From positions 126,046,001-126,110,000 of the forward strand of contig OX597817.1 in the NCBI GenBank assembly GCA_951406725.2: DNA of 64,000 nt, in the 5' to 3' direction. Position 1 is the stretch's first letter. Every line of letters begins with the position of its first letter. The DNA comes from Octopus vulgaris. Taxonomy: Eukaryota. Positions 52,140 through 64,000 of this stretch are shown piece by piece. The notes below the pieces were generated by a model. It did no database searches and had not been told where the DNA came from. It saw nothing but the letters and a program-made list of their open reading frames with translations. Made by a program: the position numbers and the translations under genes.

Positions 52140-54270
52140 TATGATTCAGTAGTATATTTTTTATATCATGCTTTCACTTCAATACCGAGCACAGCTCTGT
52201 GTGCCTTGGGTATGTGCTGTGATTTGTTGTGATGCTCTGATGGTTATTGTATGGAAAGCGTTCTGCATAGGATGTGTGCAGTGCCTAGTAGTGCAATTGT
52301 CTGTATGTTATATGTGTTTGTAAGTCCTGGTGTTTTTCTTATGTATTTGAATATTTTTTTATCATGCCTAATGTACCTATTATGATAGGAATTGTTTCTG
52401 TTTTTACATTCCACATTCTGGTTACCTCTATTTCAAGGTCTTTGTATTTTGAAAGTTTCTCCATTTCTTTTAGAGATACGTTGTCATCCGCTGGTATTGA
52501 TACATCAATTAGAAAACATTGTTTTTCTTCATGATCTCTGACAAATATATCTGGTCTGTTGGCCTTCATTTCCCTATCTGTGTATATTGGCATATCCCAG
52601 TGTATGGTTGCTTTCACGTTTTCTGTGACCTTTTCTGGTGTGTACCTATACCATCTTTTTTCTGTTGTTATTCGATAATGTTGGCATAGTTTCCAGTGTA
52701 TATAAGTCCCAACTCTGTCGTGTCTATGAATATATGCTTTCTTAGCCACGACTGGGCAGCCAGAGATAATATGATTCATTGTTTCTTGTCCATCTCCACA
52801 TATTCTGCAGTTACTTGTTATATTTCTTTTCATTACATGTCTTTGGTAATTTCTGGTGGGGAGGCTTTGGTCTTGTGCTGCAATTAAAAATTCTTCTGTC
52901 TCTGCTTTGAGTTCTGAGCTTCTCAACCATTGTTGGGATTTTTCTTTGTCTATTTCTTTTACATTTAGTTTAGTCCAGTATTTACCATGAAGGGGCTTTT
53001 CTTGCCATCGTTTTATCATGGTTCGTTGCTGTTCTATTTTCAGTTTGGATTTCATTTGTTTTATAGCTTTTGTTGTACCTTCATCTTCTTCTTCTTCTTC
53101 ATATTTGTTAGGTGGTATGATTTCTTGTTTGTATATGTCAGCTTCCTTAAATACTGAGAACAGTTTTTTGTTTTACTCGTGTTTTGCGGCTATTTGTATC
53201 AGTTTTCCTTCCTTCTGAAGTAGATATTGTTTGCAGTCCTATGGTAGTTATTTTATTGTAGTTTTCCAGCTGTATAAGGCCTCTACCACCATCTATACGT
53301 TGTATATATAGCCTTTCTATGTCAGATTTTGGGTCATGCATCCTAGACCCTGTCATTATTTTTCTTGTTTTCCTATCTATTTTGGTCAGTTCATTTAGTG
53401 TCCAGTTAAGGATATTGTAGCTGTAACTTATAACTGGGACGGCTAAAGTGTTGATGCCTATTATCTTGTTTTTAGCATTGAGCTCTGTTTTCAGTATTGA
53501 TCTAACTCGTCTATAGTATTCTTTTTTTATTTTCTCTTTCATTTGTGTGTGTTGTGTCTTATCAAACGCCTTTTTGTAGTCGATCTAGGCCAGAATAAGG
53601 CCTTTCTTCTTTCTGTGGCTGACTTCAGTTATGGCTTTATTGATCAATAGTTTACAGCCATATGAGCCTTTGCGGCATCCTTTCTGCTCTTCTGGAAACA
53701 GGTTGTTTTCGTCCAGGTGCTTGTTCAATCTTTGCGATATCACTGCAGTAAATGCTTTGTACATTGTACGGAGACAGGTTATAGGTCTGTAGTTTTCTTG
53801 TTTTGCTGCCTCATTTGTTTTGGGAATTAAGATTGTTTTCCCCTTCGTGAGCCACTCAGGCATTGTCTCTGGCTCTGCCAGTATGTTGTTAAAATTTTCA
53901 GCCAGCTTTTTGTGCATTCCTGTTAGATATTTCAACCAGAAATTGGGATCTTGTCATGCCCAGGTGCCTTCCAGTTGCTTAGTCTTTGCAGTGCCTGGGT
54001 GATCTCTTCAGTTGTTATGGGGGTCCAAATTTGCTCAGATGCTGAGTTTGTTGTTTTAATACTCCGTTTTCCTGGTTGTTCGTTCCCCGTCCATATTTCT
54101 CTCCAGAATTCTTCCACTTCTTCTGCCGTTGGTGCTGCAGTGATTTCTATTTTATTTTTGCCAAGTTCTTGGTAGAACTTTTTGGGGTTGGAGTTGAACT
54201 GTTTGTTTTGTTCAAAGAAACGTTGGCGTTTCTTGTACCGGCGGATCCTTTGTGCTTTGGCAAGGATATC
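52140..54270 (-). mobile_element. R4/Dong-clade LINE (RT N-terminus, CCHC, REL), 5'-truncated and internally deleted, within (TAA)n
   Basis: NWKAPGHDKI, YRPITCL, EQKGCRKGSYGCK, IDYKKAFD then a jump to the thumb region, GGRGL, CRICGDGQETMNHIISGC, RPDIFVRD..LIDVSIP..KEMEKLSKYKDL. (TTA)n on both flanks. Confidence 0.93.
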
Positions 54271-54341
<71 letters not shown>

Positions 54342-54360
54342 GTTGTTGTTGTTATTATTA
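54271..54360. repeat. (TTA)n microsatellite, mirrored by (TAA)n at 54459-54524
   Basis: Directly visible. Confidence 0.95.
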
Positions 54361-54458
54361 TTCGGGTCACTGCTTGGAATCGAACTCGGAATCTTGGGTT
54401 TAACAGCGCGGCCTACTAACCCCAAGAATCCAAGTTCGATTCAAAGCAGTGACCTGAA
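54361..54458. other. Inverted pair of tRNA-like modules at the centre of a fold-back PLE insertion
   Basis: 54361-54400 is the near reverse complement of 54418-54458. Contains a GTTCGATTC B-box/T-loop and a CTACTAA anticodon-loop-like hairpin. Confidence 0.7.
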
Positions 54459-54527
<69 letters not shown>

Positions 54528-54605
54528 ATCGAAAAATAAAGAATGAGAACCCAGGGTTCGAAATTTCCCCAAGACACCTGATGAAAGCTGGAGGATATAT
54601 CAGCC
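54459..54605 (+). mobile_element. Right arm of inverted PLE pLTR (5' half of a minimal HHR)
   Basis: (TAA)n..GAATGAGAACCCAGGGTTCGAAATTTCCCCAA-GACAC-CTGATGA-AAGCTGGAGGATATATCAGCC, truncated just before GAAA. Confidence 0.7.
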
Positions 54606-55899
54606 TAACCCACATCTAACCCATGTTTTCCCCACTCTCGCCTCCCCCACATCCCACCACCACCACACCATATATCTATCTCTCTACCTCTCAATATATA
54701 TATATATATATATATGATTATACACATATACATACATAGATTTGTATGTGTGTGTGAGTGTGAGTGTGTGTATACGTATTTATGTATATATATGTATATA
54801 ATATTTTAACTCATTTTAAGTAAAACGTTCAAAAATGAAACGAAACCAGTTAAATTTGAATTATATGTATGTGTGTATGTGCGCACCTGTTTATACATAT
54901 ATCAATGTGTGTTTTATGTATTCATATACGCACACACGCACAGACATATTGTTCGCAGGTATACTCTGACCCGGAGTAATAGTACCTGTCAGGTTCTTAA
55001 CTCTGGGTTAACTAGCATATGTGATGATACTATATGTAAGTGCGTGAATGCAGAAATAATCTTGCTTTGCGACAGAGCGAGCATTAAAATCTGCAGGTTG
55101 TAAGACACCCACACGTTTGTCACAGAATCTGTATAGAAGAAGAAGATTCTTATCTAAATCCTGTGGTTTCACGTGATTACTGGTTATTTTGCTATGGCAC
55201 AACTATACAAACTAATCACAGAGATTTAGAGAGTGGTTTCAGTGCTATACAAATGCATATCACACTAACCCGATGATGTATTGGTAGTTACATGATGACC
55301 TCATTTGTCAGCCAATCTACTAAGAGTCCTAAAGCGAAAGAAGTGAGGTGACGTGTGCAGATCTAAACAGTTGAATTGTAGAATAGGTTACAAAGTTGTC
55401 TGTCACCTAAATTGCAAATCATGCAGATATGTAAGCGAGTGAATAGATTTCTGCGAGGTCATAAATGAAAAATGTGAAATGCCGCTACAGAACAATAAAC
55501 AAAAAACGGTAATCCTCTGTCAAGATGGATCAGTCACCATATATATATATATAAATACAAGAATAACCAATACCCTCCCCAGGACTCCAAATACTCATCA
55601 AAAACACGAAATGGGAAATTCCATTGAACACATCACCACGAAACAAAGCACCCTCACTCAAACGCACAGAAACAATATTCATGAATACTTTTTTGGGACA
55701 GAAATATAGGAGAAATACGAACTCCCCATGTCCGAGACACATCTCACAAAGAGAAGACTTCAAATATGACGAACGAAGTAGGAAGGTCTCCCGTTCGAGA
55801 CATTTCTTCCACAATAACCAGCTCTTCCAAACAGAATATAACTAGTAAGACAACCGCACTCAGAGCCAACCACAATAGATCAAGAGTTTGTGGACTGAC

Positions 55900-56709
55900 T
55901 ATTAACAGGAACTCCGTATACAAGACTAACCATTTTTGAGATAAACTGGGCCACAACAGGGACACTCGATGGCACCAACTAAATATGAGATTTCGAAGGT
56001 TATAAAACTCTCACATAAAGCTTTTTCGAACCAGGAAATCAAAATTCTTGCTAAGGGATTGATGTGCACCTCAACGCCACAAATTTCGAACCTAAACGAT
56101 ATACAAAATGATATCCAAGAATTCTGCAGAAAACTTCGCATCACTGAAGAACTGCTGGATAAAGTTAATAATGATCAATCAATCCTTCACAATAAAAGTA
56201 ACTACTGTCCGACAAGCGAAAAAAATCAAACTCTGGATAATTTTGTGATGTGATATCCAGTTACCGCTACAATTTACTCCCAACCCCAAAATTTAAAACA
56301 AATACAAGTAGAGAAAAATGTGAAATCATCAATAATCTCAAGGAGGATGACACAATAATTATAATAGAAACTGACAAAGGGAGTACTGTAGTTATCATGG
56401 ACTCAGAAAAAATACATAAACACTACCCTAATCTTCCTTCGAGACAATAGCTACTATGAAAAAAATCAACACCTACAGTCAATCCAAGATAATGACCAAA
56501 TTGTCTACCCTTATTCACAAGTTCATCATGATAGATCGCTACTCACTACACATTATTTTCTCTCCTAGTTTCTTTCTGTGTTCCTTTCTAACGAAGAGCG
56601 ATGGCTCGAAGCGTTAAAGATTGTTTCACTTCCCGAGTGTTAAACTAATACATGGTTGTTTTTTACACTACCTGTTTTCGTCTTCTGTTTTTGTTGTGAA
56701 ATCTCCCTA
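55900..56709 (+). mobile_element. Internally deleted Penelope-like element (N-terminal/RT start fused to pLTR)
   Basis: VIKLSHKAFSNQEIKILAKGLMCTSTP..DIQEFCRKLR and NLKEDDTIIIIETDKGSTVVIMD, then a pLTR with degenerate HHR (CTAACGAA-GAGCGATGGCTC-GAAG-CGTT-AAAGA, 56588-56620) ending CTCCCTA-(TA)n. The 5' boundary is uncertain and may extend to ~55300. Confidence 0.82.
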
Positions 56710-57489
56710 TATATATATATGTATACATACATATATACCTGTACTAACTTTATACTGTGTCACTGTGAAATGTTGATTGTTTAAAATATTGTAGTACAGC
56801 TATGTCGGAATAAAATACTGTGCAGTAAATTTCTCAAATTTGGCAACTTGCGCAGTAATAATATGTGTGTTTATGGGGGAAAATATAAAGAAAAACTTTA
56901 GGATTACTGGAATGTAAATATTTAAAATATTTTAGGTAAGTTTACATAGAAATATAAATACGTCAACCTTTAAAATTGTGTCAGAATTAGAAATGTATGT
57001 CGATATTGTTTGTGTATTTAGTTGTTAAACTATAATGCCTGCAAGGTATGGTTATTTAATATCAAAATCTTGGATATTTCAAATTAACGTCTATAGAATA
57101 GTTGATGAATGTCTAGTTAAAGTAATTGTAATACACAATTGTTAGTGTTAAGTATTGAAAATAAGCAACGACTAAGTGCGTGTTTGCATAATGTAATCGG
57201 GTTATAAATTATAGGGAATCGTGCAAAATTAATTAATAAATAACAATGTAAAAAGCAATTGATAGAAGTTAATAGAATACTTTTCTAACAACGGCAAATT
57301 TCTATAAAATCTTTTAAGTTTTCAAGGAGTAAAATAAATAAAGATTTATCAATAATAAATAAAAATTAAATAGATGTAAATGATAATATGGAAATCCTTG
57401 TTATCAAATCAAATTTTACTAATTCAGATGCAATTATGAGGGGATTGGCTTAATCGACGATATGGACACGAATATCTGTCCGATTTAAG

Positions 57490-57700
57490 TCGACGACTTG
57501 GCAGAATCGTTAGCACGCCGGAGAAAATACTTCGCAGCATTTTGTTAGCTTTTGCGTTCTGAGTCCAAAAGCTGTCTAGATCGACTTGCCTTTTGATAAT
57601 TCAGGGGTTGATGAAAGAAAGTACCAGTAGAGCACTGGGGTCGATGTAATCTATTAGAACTTTCTCTGAACTTGCTGGCCATGTGTCAAAATTTGAATTC
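57490..57700 (+). mobile_element. SINE family B
   Basis: TGGCAGAATCGTTAGCACGCCGG..GTACCAGTAGAGCACTGGGGTCGATG. Confidence 0.75.
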
Positions 57701-58274
57701 AATTTACCTTGGAGGAATGAACCGCAAATCTTAGTTCAGTAGTGTTTGGAATTAACATCAGAATCTAGAAGAAATACCGTGTAGAACTTCATCTGACACA
57801 TTAGCGATTCTGCCTATCTACCATACTTTCTCTAACAAAATATATTTAAAATAAATTTATAATTAGTTCAGACATACGTACAATAGTCAGTGGTATATTG
57901 TTATTTCATGTAATAGCAACTAAAAAATTAAATTTGAATAAGTTTTCAAAGGAGAAAATCAAAATCCATTAAATCATTAGATTACGCTGCTGTAGGTCTT
58001 AAGAGATTAGATGGGAGCTAGGGAAAGAATGCAGTCGATTATACGCTAGGAAATTCTGTTATTCGCTTCATATTGGTTAACGAAAAGTTTAATTTTAATA
58101 AAATATGAGAAATTAGAGGAGTCCATTAACTAACTAGAAGAAACTAATGTAATATTTATTTGGAGAACCTGCAAAATAACGAATAAAAATATAATCTAGT
58201 TAAAATTCACTAAGAATTTCGAGATTTCTATATACATCTATATCTAGATTTTGATATATATGGAAAATTCTAAG

Positions 58275-58548
58275 ACTCCGCCGGTTACGACGATGAGGGT
58301 CCCAGCTGATACAATCAACGGAACAGCTTGCTCGTGAAATTAACGTGCAAATGGCTGAGCATTCCACAGACACGTGTACCCTTAACGTAGTTCTCGGGGA
58401 TAATTAGCGTGACACAGAGAGTGACAAGGCTGACCCTTTGAAATACAAGTACAACTCATTTTTGCCAGCTGAGTCGACTGGAGCAACGTGAAATAAAGTG
58501 TCTTGCTCAAGGACACAACGCTTCGCCGGGAATCGAACTCACAACCTT
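58275..58548 (-). mobile_element. tRNA-derived SINE, family C
   Basis: Minus strand GGTTGTGAGTTCGATTCCCGG (B-box) followed by GTTGTGTCCTTGAGCAAGACACTTTA, a conserved SINE central-domain-like motif. Confidence 0.7.
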
Positions 58549-58663
58549 TATTTCAAGCTACTACATATCTAATGATTAGCAACGTGAACAAGATTTCACT
58601 CTGCGCTAGACAGCTATTTAAATCAGAGGTAATATCGAGTATATAAGTAACAATTGCGCTACG

Positions 58664-58742
58664 TTGTATTTCTGCAACAAACTTGTTATAAGTATATCCT
58701 TTCTACAAAGGATATACTTATAACAAGTTTGTTGAGATACAA
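58664..58742. repeat. Perfect 28-bp inverted repeat with 4-nt loop
   Basis: CAACAAACTTGTTATAAGTATATCCTTT-CTAC-AAAGGATATACTTATAACAAGTTTGTTG (58675-58734), with imperfect extension. Confidence 0.9.
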
Positions 58743-58944
58743 AAGTTAATATCTTATGCAATTCAGAATGTCTGGCACTGATAGAAATTTAGTAATTTCT
58801 CTAAATTTCTAGCATACATTTTTAAATACATAGATGCATACATACATAAGTACATTCATATGTGTGTATGAGTGTGTATGCGTGCTTATATATGTGTTCC
58901 ATATGAACAAAATAAACACGCACATACCCACATATTTACATATA

Positions 58945-59053
<109 letters not shown>

Positions 59054-59159
59054 AGAGGTTAAAAAATATACAATAATTAATACCAATATTGGGCAAATCC
59101 GATCACATTTATTTAAATATTATCTTGGTAAGAAATGTAGTATAATTAATAGATTTTAG

Positions 59160-59450
59160 AGACTATGGAATGCTTCTGCTTCAGTTATGTCTGATTTCTG
59201 GGTAACAAGAAGTAATCAAATTATGAAAAACTTGTGGAAGACCCGTTCACCATCTTTTCAACATTTGGCTTCAGCAAGGATATCAAAGTACATTTCCTGC
59301 TTAGTCATCTAGAGAACTTCCACGAAAATTATTGTACAAAATGTGATGAGTAAGGAGAAATATTCCACCAAGATATTGAGACCATGGAGGCTAGGTACCC
59401 GCGCAGGTGGAACACAAGCCTGATGGATGTCTACTGCTCGTCTCTGCAAA
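59160..59450 (+). mobile_element. DNA transposase C-terminal pseudogene fragment, Chapaev3-like
   Basis: WNASASVMSDFLGN..SNYEKLVED..IKVHFLLSHLENFHEN..DE*GEIFHQDIETMEARY...W..LMDVYC matches the K.HFLHSHLD.FPEN.G..SDE.GERFHQDI..ME.RY...W...DYCW motif. Superfamily assignment is from memory. Confidence 0.7.
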
Positions 59451-62400
59451 AATACTGATGTGATGCAAAGAATATGTTCACTCCTGGTGTAGCTGAGACT
59501 TCAGTTTGACAGAAAAAAATATATTATAAAATGTATAATTAAACACTTTGTGTAATATGTTTTTTAAACAAAGAAAAAATGTTCTAATTAAATTGTGTTA
59601 TTTTCTTATTTCATTTAATGGCAAAAGTGAGAATTACTGTTAAATATGATTTCTTATACCAAAGAATTTAACACAATAAAATTTTCTGGCGGCACATCTG
59701 AACCCATACCATCAAATTGCAATAATACTGATTGCAAAACTCAAGACAAAGGTTGTTTCGAAAATGTTCCCTAATGTTAATAATAAAATAATAATAATAG
59801 CAGCTGACTATCCCTATTACTTTTGGCAAACGAATATAATTGCTCTTAATTATAGAGTAAGCTATAGAGAAGAAACTTGATATAACAGACGAAAACTGAC
59901 TCTACTTTTGAAATAAAAAAGCCAATTTTAGTCTATATCAAGTTAAAAGCAGACTACAGAATCTGATATGCTGATATATTTATATGTTATATATTTTATT
60001 GCTTTCTTCCTAATTCGTTGCAGTTGACGTGATATATCATTTTGTATTTACGGAACACAATACTCGTTTGTTGTATGATTTCATTTGTACGAGTTTTGAG
60101 ACATATTCAATATTATTTGGAAAACGTAGGAATTACCTAATAAGGAAAGGAGGCTTACTAGCATATCATGATTGATATGTTGAATAATTTTAGCATTCCA
60201 AAAGTAGTGAATCGCTATCATTGAAATCAACTCTGGTGCAGCAGATTTATGGTATAAAAAGAGATACAATTAATCTAAGTTGTCTACCACTGGGATATCT
60301 TGGAATACATTTGACCTTGTAACCTTCATTTATGTAAGATGGTAGGGTGTAATTTTGAAGAATTTAAGATGATATATCCACCAAGTTGACAAACGTGAAA
60401 GACTTGTTGGGCTGATCACCTTTCAAACGGATTACAACATTTGAGCTTTATTTTAGTCTTTTTTTTGTGTCACACTTTACGTTCCATTCTATTTTTTGTA
60501 TATTGGCAAGGCTAGTAGATAAATGCAAGCAATAATCAGTTACATATATCGGGAAAAGTTTCTTACAGTAAGCATCAAGTAGTTGACTCATGCAGACAGT
60601 GGTAGAAGTTCGTAAGTATATTGATTTATAATGATATGTTTAGTAATCATATAATTTCCATCACTTGTATAAGATATTTTGTTTAAACGCTTTTGCTATG
60701 ATTCTTTGAATAAGCAATACGCTCACCGGATTTCTCCTCTACTAAAGTTTTAACCTATTGATGAGTACTCCTGTTGCTTTTTATCAATTTAAAGCCTTCA
60801 TCTTAGCGTTCCAACGTTGGCCTCTGTCCAACGAATAAAATAATAAATATTTAGTGAATACTTTCAAACGTTTGAGTATATCGTTGAAAATACATAATAA
60901 AAACAAACAAATAATGAGCCCGAAATATTCATTATATTCCTGGTTTTAACACATTAGGTTATGGTACGAGGGAAAATTACCTGCTAAATTTCCAAATCAC
61001 ATTACCACATAGATTATGTTTCGTTCGCTCAGGATATGTATTGATATGGGACAATAACTATAACTGAAAGCTAGTATTCATTAACCACATTTGCACTACA
61101 TTTGTAGAATGGAAGTTTGTGTTGTTTTTTCTGGCATTCTTCGTAGTTTTTCTTCTTCAAATGCAATATAAAAAAATTATTTTTACGTTCATTAAAATGC
61201 ATGTATGTTTTACATTTAGTCAGTCATAATAAGTTGAAGCCTGGACTTAACATGAAAACATAGATAGAATTTTGCTGTGTCTGAGGAGAGTCATTCTGAT
61301 TTAATGCCTTTTTAATTTACACGCCGGTTACTCAGGTATAATGTCAGTTTCATGATGTTCCCTACTGTTGTTCTCGCATGTTTTATTGCAATGTTAATAG
61401 TTTTCCTGATATTATATGTAATCAATGATATCATCTTTTGGTATTATTTTGATCCACGTATGAAAATTAACATACTGATATGCATACTTCATTTCAAAGT
61501 TATTTCAAACGGGATCATATTTGGTTGGGTAAGATTTAAGGATGTTTAGCTGATATTTCTAACAAGTAGAGAATCTCACATAGATTGCATCTGATTATTG
61601 GTTTGCATCATTGACAGAAATTTATAGCCAGCAAAACAATAACATATGAAAAACTTTCTCTATCACTTTATTCCACACACTCATGCCTTTTATGGAATAA
61701 GATGCATGTGTCTATCAATCTAGCAATTAATCTTTTATCTTGTGAATGCAGATTTCGTATTCATGACAAACATTCGGATTATCACACATAATCTTGGTAA
61801 TACATTTTAAGCTAGTTTCCTTTTAATCAAAAAGTGGATGGGACGCAAGAGCTAAATTCCAGTTACGTCAAAATAGCAACCCACATCATGTTCCCACGTT
61901 TTGCGCTTGACGATGTCATATTATGAATGAAGAACAGGACAAAGACTAATTTCCACACTTGAACATCTTGAACCTTACAAATGTGTTCCCATGCTGGAAT
62001 GTTAATTTAGGAACAGTGATTCAATCTCGTTTTGTAGTTAAAGTTAATTTAGCTAATGTGTTTCAAATTACTGAAATAAGACGCTACATTTTCTAATTTA
62101 ATGATTCTAAATGCTCATGTAAAGATGGAGATAATTTAAGAACTGCTGATGTGCTAAACATTCTAAATTCATTACGCTCACAATCAATACTATTGACCCC
62201 TTTCATTCTCTGTAGACATGTGCAATATTCACAAGATGAAAGTAAGCATTTAAAATATATTGAAATTACCGTGTTCCGTTTGCATATCGAAATTGCTAAT
62301 TTCAAAATATTTATTTATCTAACATATTCATATTTACGTACGATCGCAAAAGAATTCCACGTACTTTCACGATCCACTGAGAAAAGTAAACAGGCACCTT

Positions 62401-62924
62401 CAAGTCATATTCAGATATCGTAAGACAATAAATGATATTTGGTCCTTTACTCTGACACGTTTAAAAAGATAGAGTGACTAACATTGAAACATTCCTACTC
62501 GTAAGTTTGCTAGAACATACCTTATCTGTGGGCTAAGCAATGTCAGAAGCTGTGCTTTGTGAGGCACCATTATCACTGTTACATAACTGGTCGACATTAT
62601 TATTATTTCTAGATATTAAATGTCGTAGCTAATGTTGTATGACAAACTAGAAAACTAGAAGAAAAATTTGAAGATGTACCAGTCACCGTAGTATTCTTTG
62701 TAATAGTTTGAAATATACACTCCTGATAATATTCATAATCCAGAGAAGTGAACCAGGAGTTAGCAATCAGAAGAATTACACTGGGAGTATTCAAACTACA
62801 CGAACGCAGATGTTTATTACTACTTGATGGATTTAGACGTAATCTGGAATATACTTGAGATCTAGTACAGTTCCCGCCTGGATAATTTAGCCCTATTTAC
62901 TCAACTTATTTAATATGTATCTAT

Positions 62925-63293
<369 letters not shown>

Positions 63294-63295
63294 AT

Positions 63296-63388
<93 letters not shown>

Positions 63389-63629
63389 TAATGTCGAGGG
63401 ATCGAAGCGTAGGGAGAAAGTTAGCTTCAATCAATCCGTAGTAAATATTAAAAAAACACATTTTCAGGAACACTAGTGGTTTTTTTGAGATGGAAGGTTG
63501 TGGATGTTTTTCGAGCCGAAATGCAATAATCTGAAAACAGTTCCTATTATATTTCAAGGTAGGCGAATAAGAATACAAATGCTACAGAATGGACGAAATC
63601 GCAGTCTGAAATGCATTTGATTTGAAATA

Positions 63630-64000
63630 TTCTCATAAATTGTTTGGGTCAAGATTGATACTTTCTATAGCATGGTGGAATCTTTCCTTGGTAATTTTAC
63701 AACATAAGTTTACAACATTTATCTTTTTGTGTACCTTAGGGCCAGACTGTTGACTTTTAGGCATTATCGAAAAATTTATTTTTTCACGCAGTAGGCGATG
63801 ACCAGTCCAGCTCTCTGCTCCTCTCATGACACGAACGTTAGAAACATCTTTCATATCACGTTTTCTCATCAAAATATAACGTATGAGATGCCAGTCTTTA
63901 GATCGTGAGTGCATCTAGGTGGTTTTGTATTTATTTTTCTGCTTAAACAAAGTGCTGGTAACAACCAGATTATTCTCAGTTCAAAACGTCAAAAGAGCTA
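63630..64000 (-). mobile_element. RTE LINE AP-endonuclease fragment
   Basis: LVVTSTLFKQKNKYKTT*MHSRSKDWHLI.YIL.RKRDMKDV..VRVMRGAESWTGHRLLR. Confidence 0.85.

Noticed and set aside
54397-54458. Functional tRNA gene
   Set aside because: The 5' acceptor strand is missing, the anticodon stem is imperfect and it is embedded in a repeat. Treated as tRNA-derived only.

Overview
AT-rich, repeat-saturated eukaryotic DNA. The tRNA-derived SINE families and the (TA)n/(CA)n/(TAA)n density look like a cephalopod, probably Octopus (from recollection of these SINEs; unverified). I found no host protein-coding exon. Every informative ORF is a decayed transposon: Penelope-like elements (PLEs), RTE and R4/Dong LINEs, a Gmr1-type Gypsy element and a Chapaev3-like transposase fragment. 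There is also a Merlin-like MITE and about 20 SINE copies. The main signal is non-coding. At least 10 short (170-800 bp) elements sit in or between (TA)n tracts. Five carry an intact CUGANGA/GAAA hammerhead ribozyme (HHR) core with a palindromic helix III and a long helix II insert. Three more families carry variant or split cores. Two elements are more-than-unit-length direct repeats (486 and ~519 nt units), and one of these begins exactly at the predicted self-cleavage site. The others are fold-back (inverted) insertions. Several families share a TATTTCTAG box and a 3'-terminal GGTG..CACC/ACCCT motif next to (TA)n. One PLE family couples a tRNA-like (Pol III-type) module to its HHR. Together this suggests a diverse retrozyme / PLE-pLTR system that targets microsatellites. 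All motif calls were made by eye, and element boundaries are approximate unless stated.
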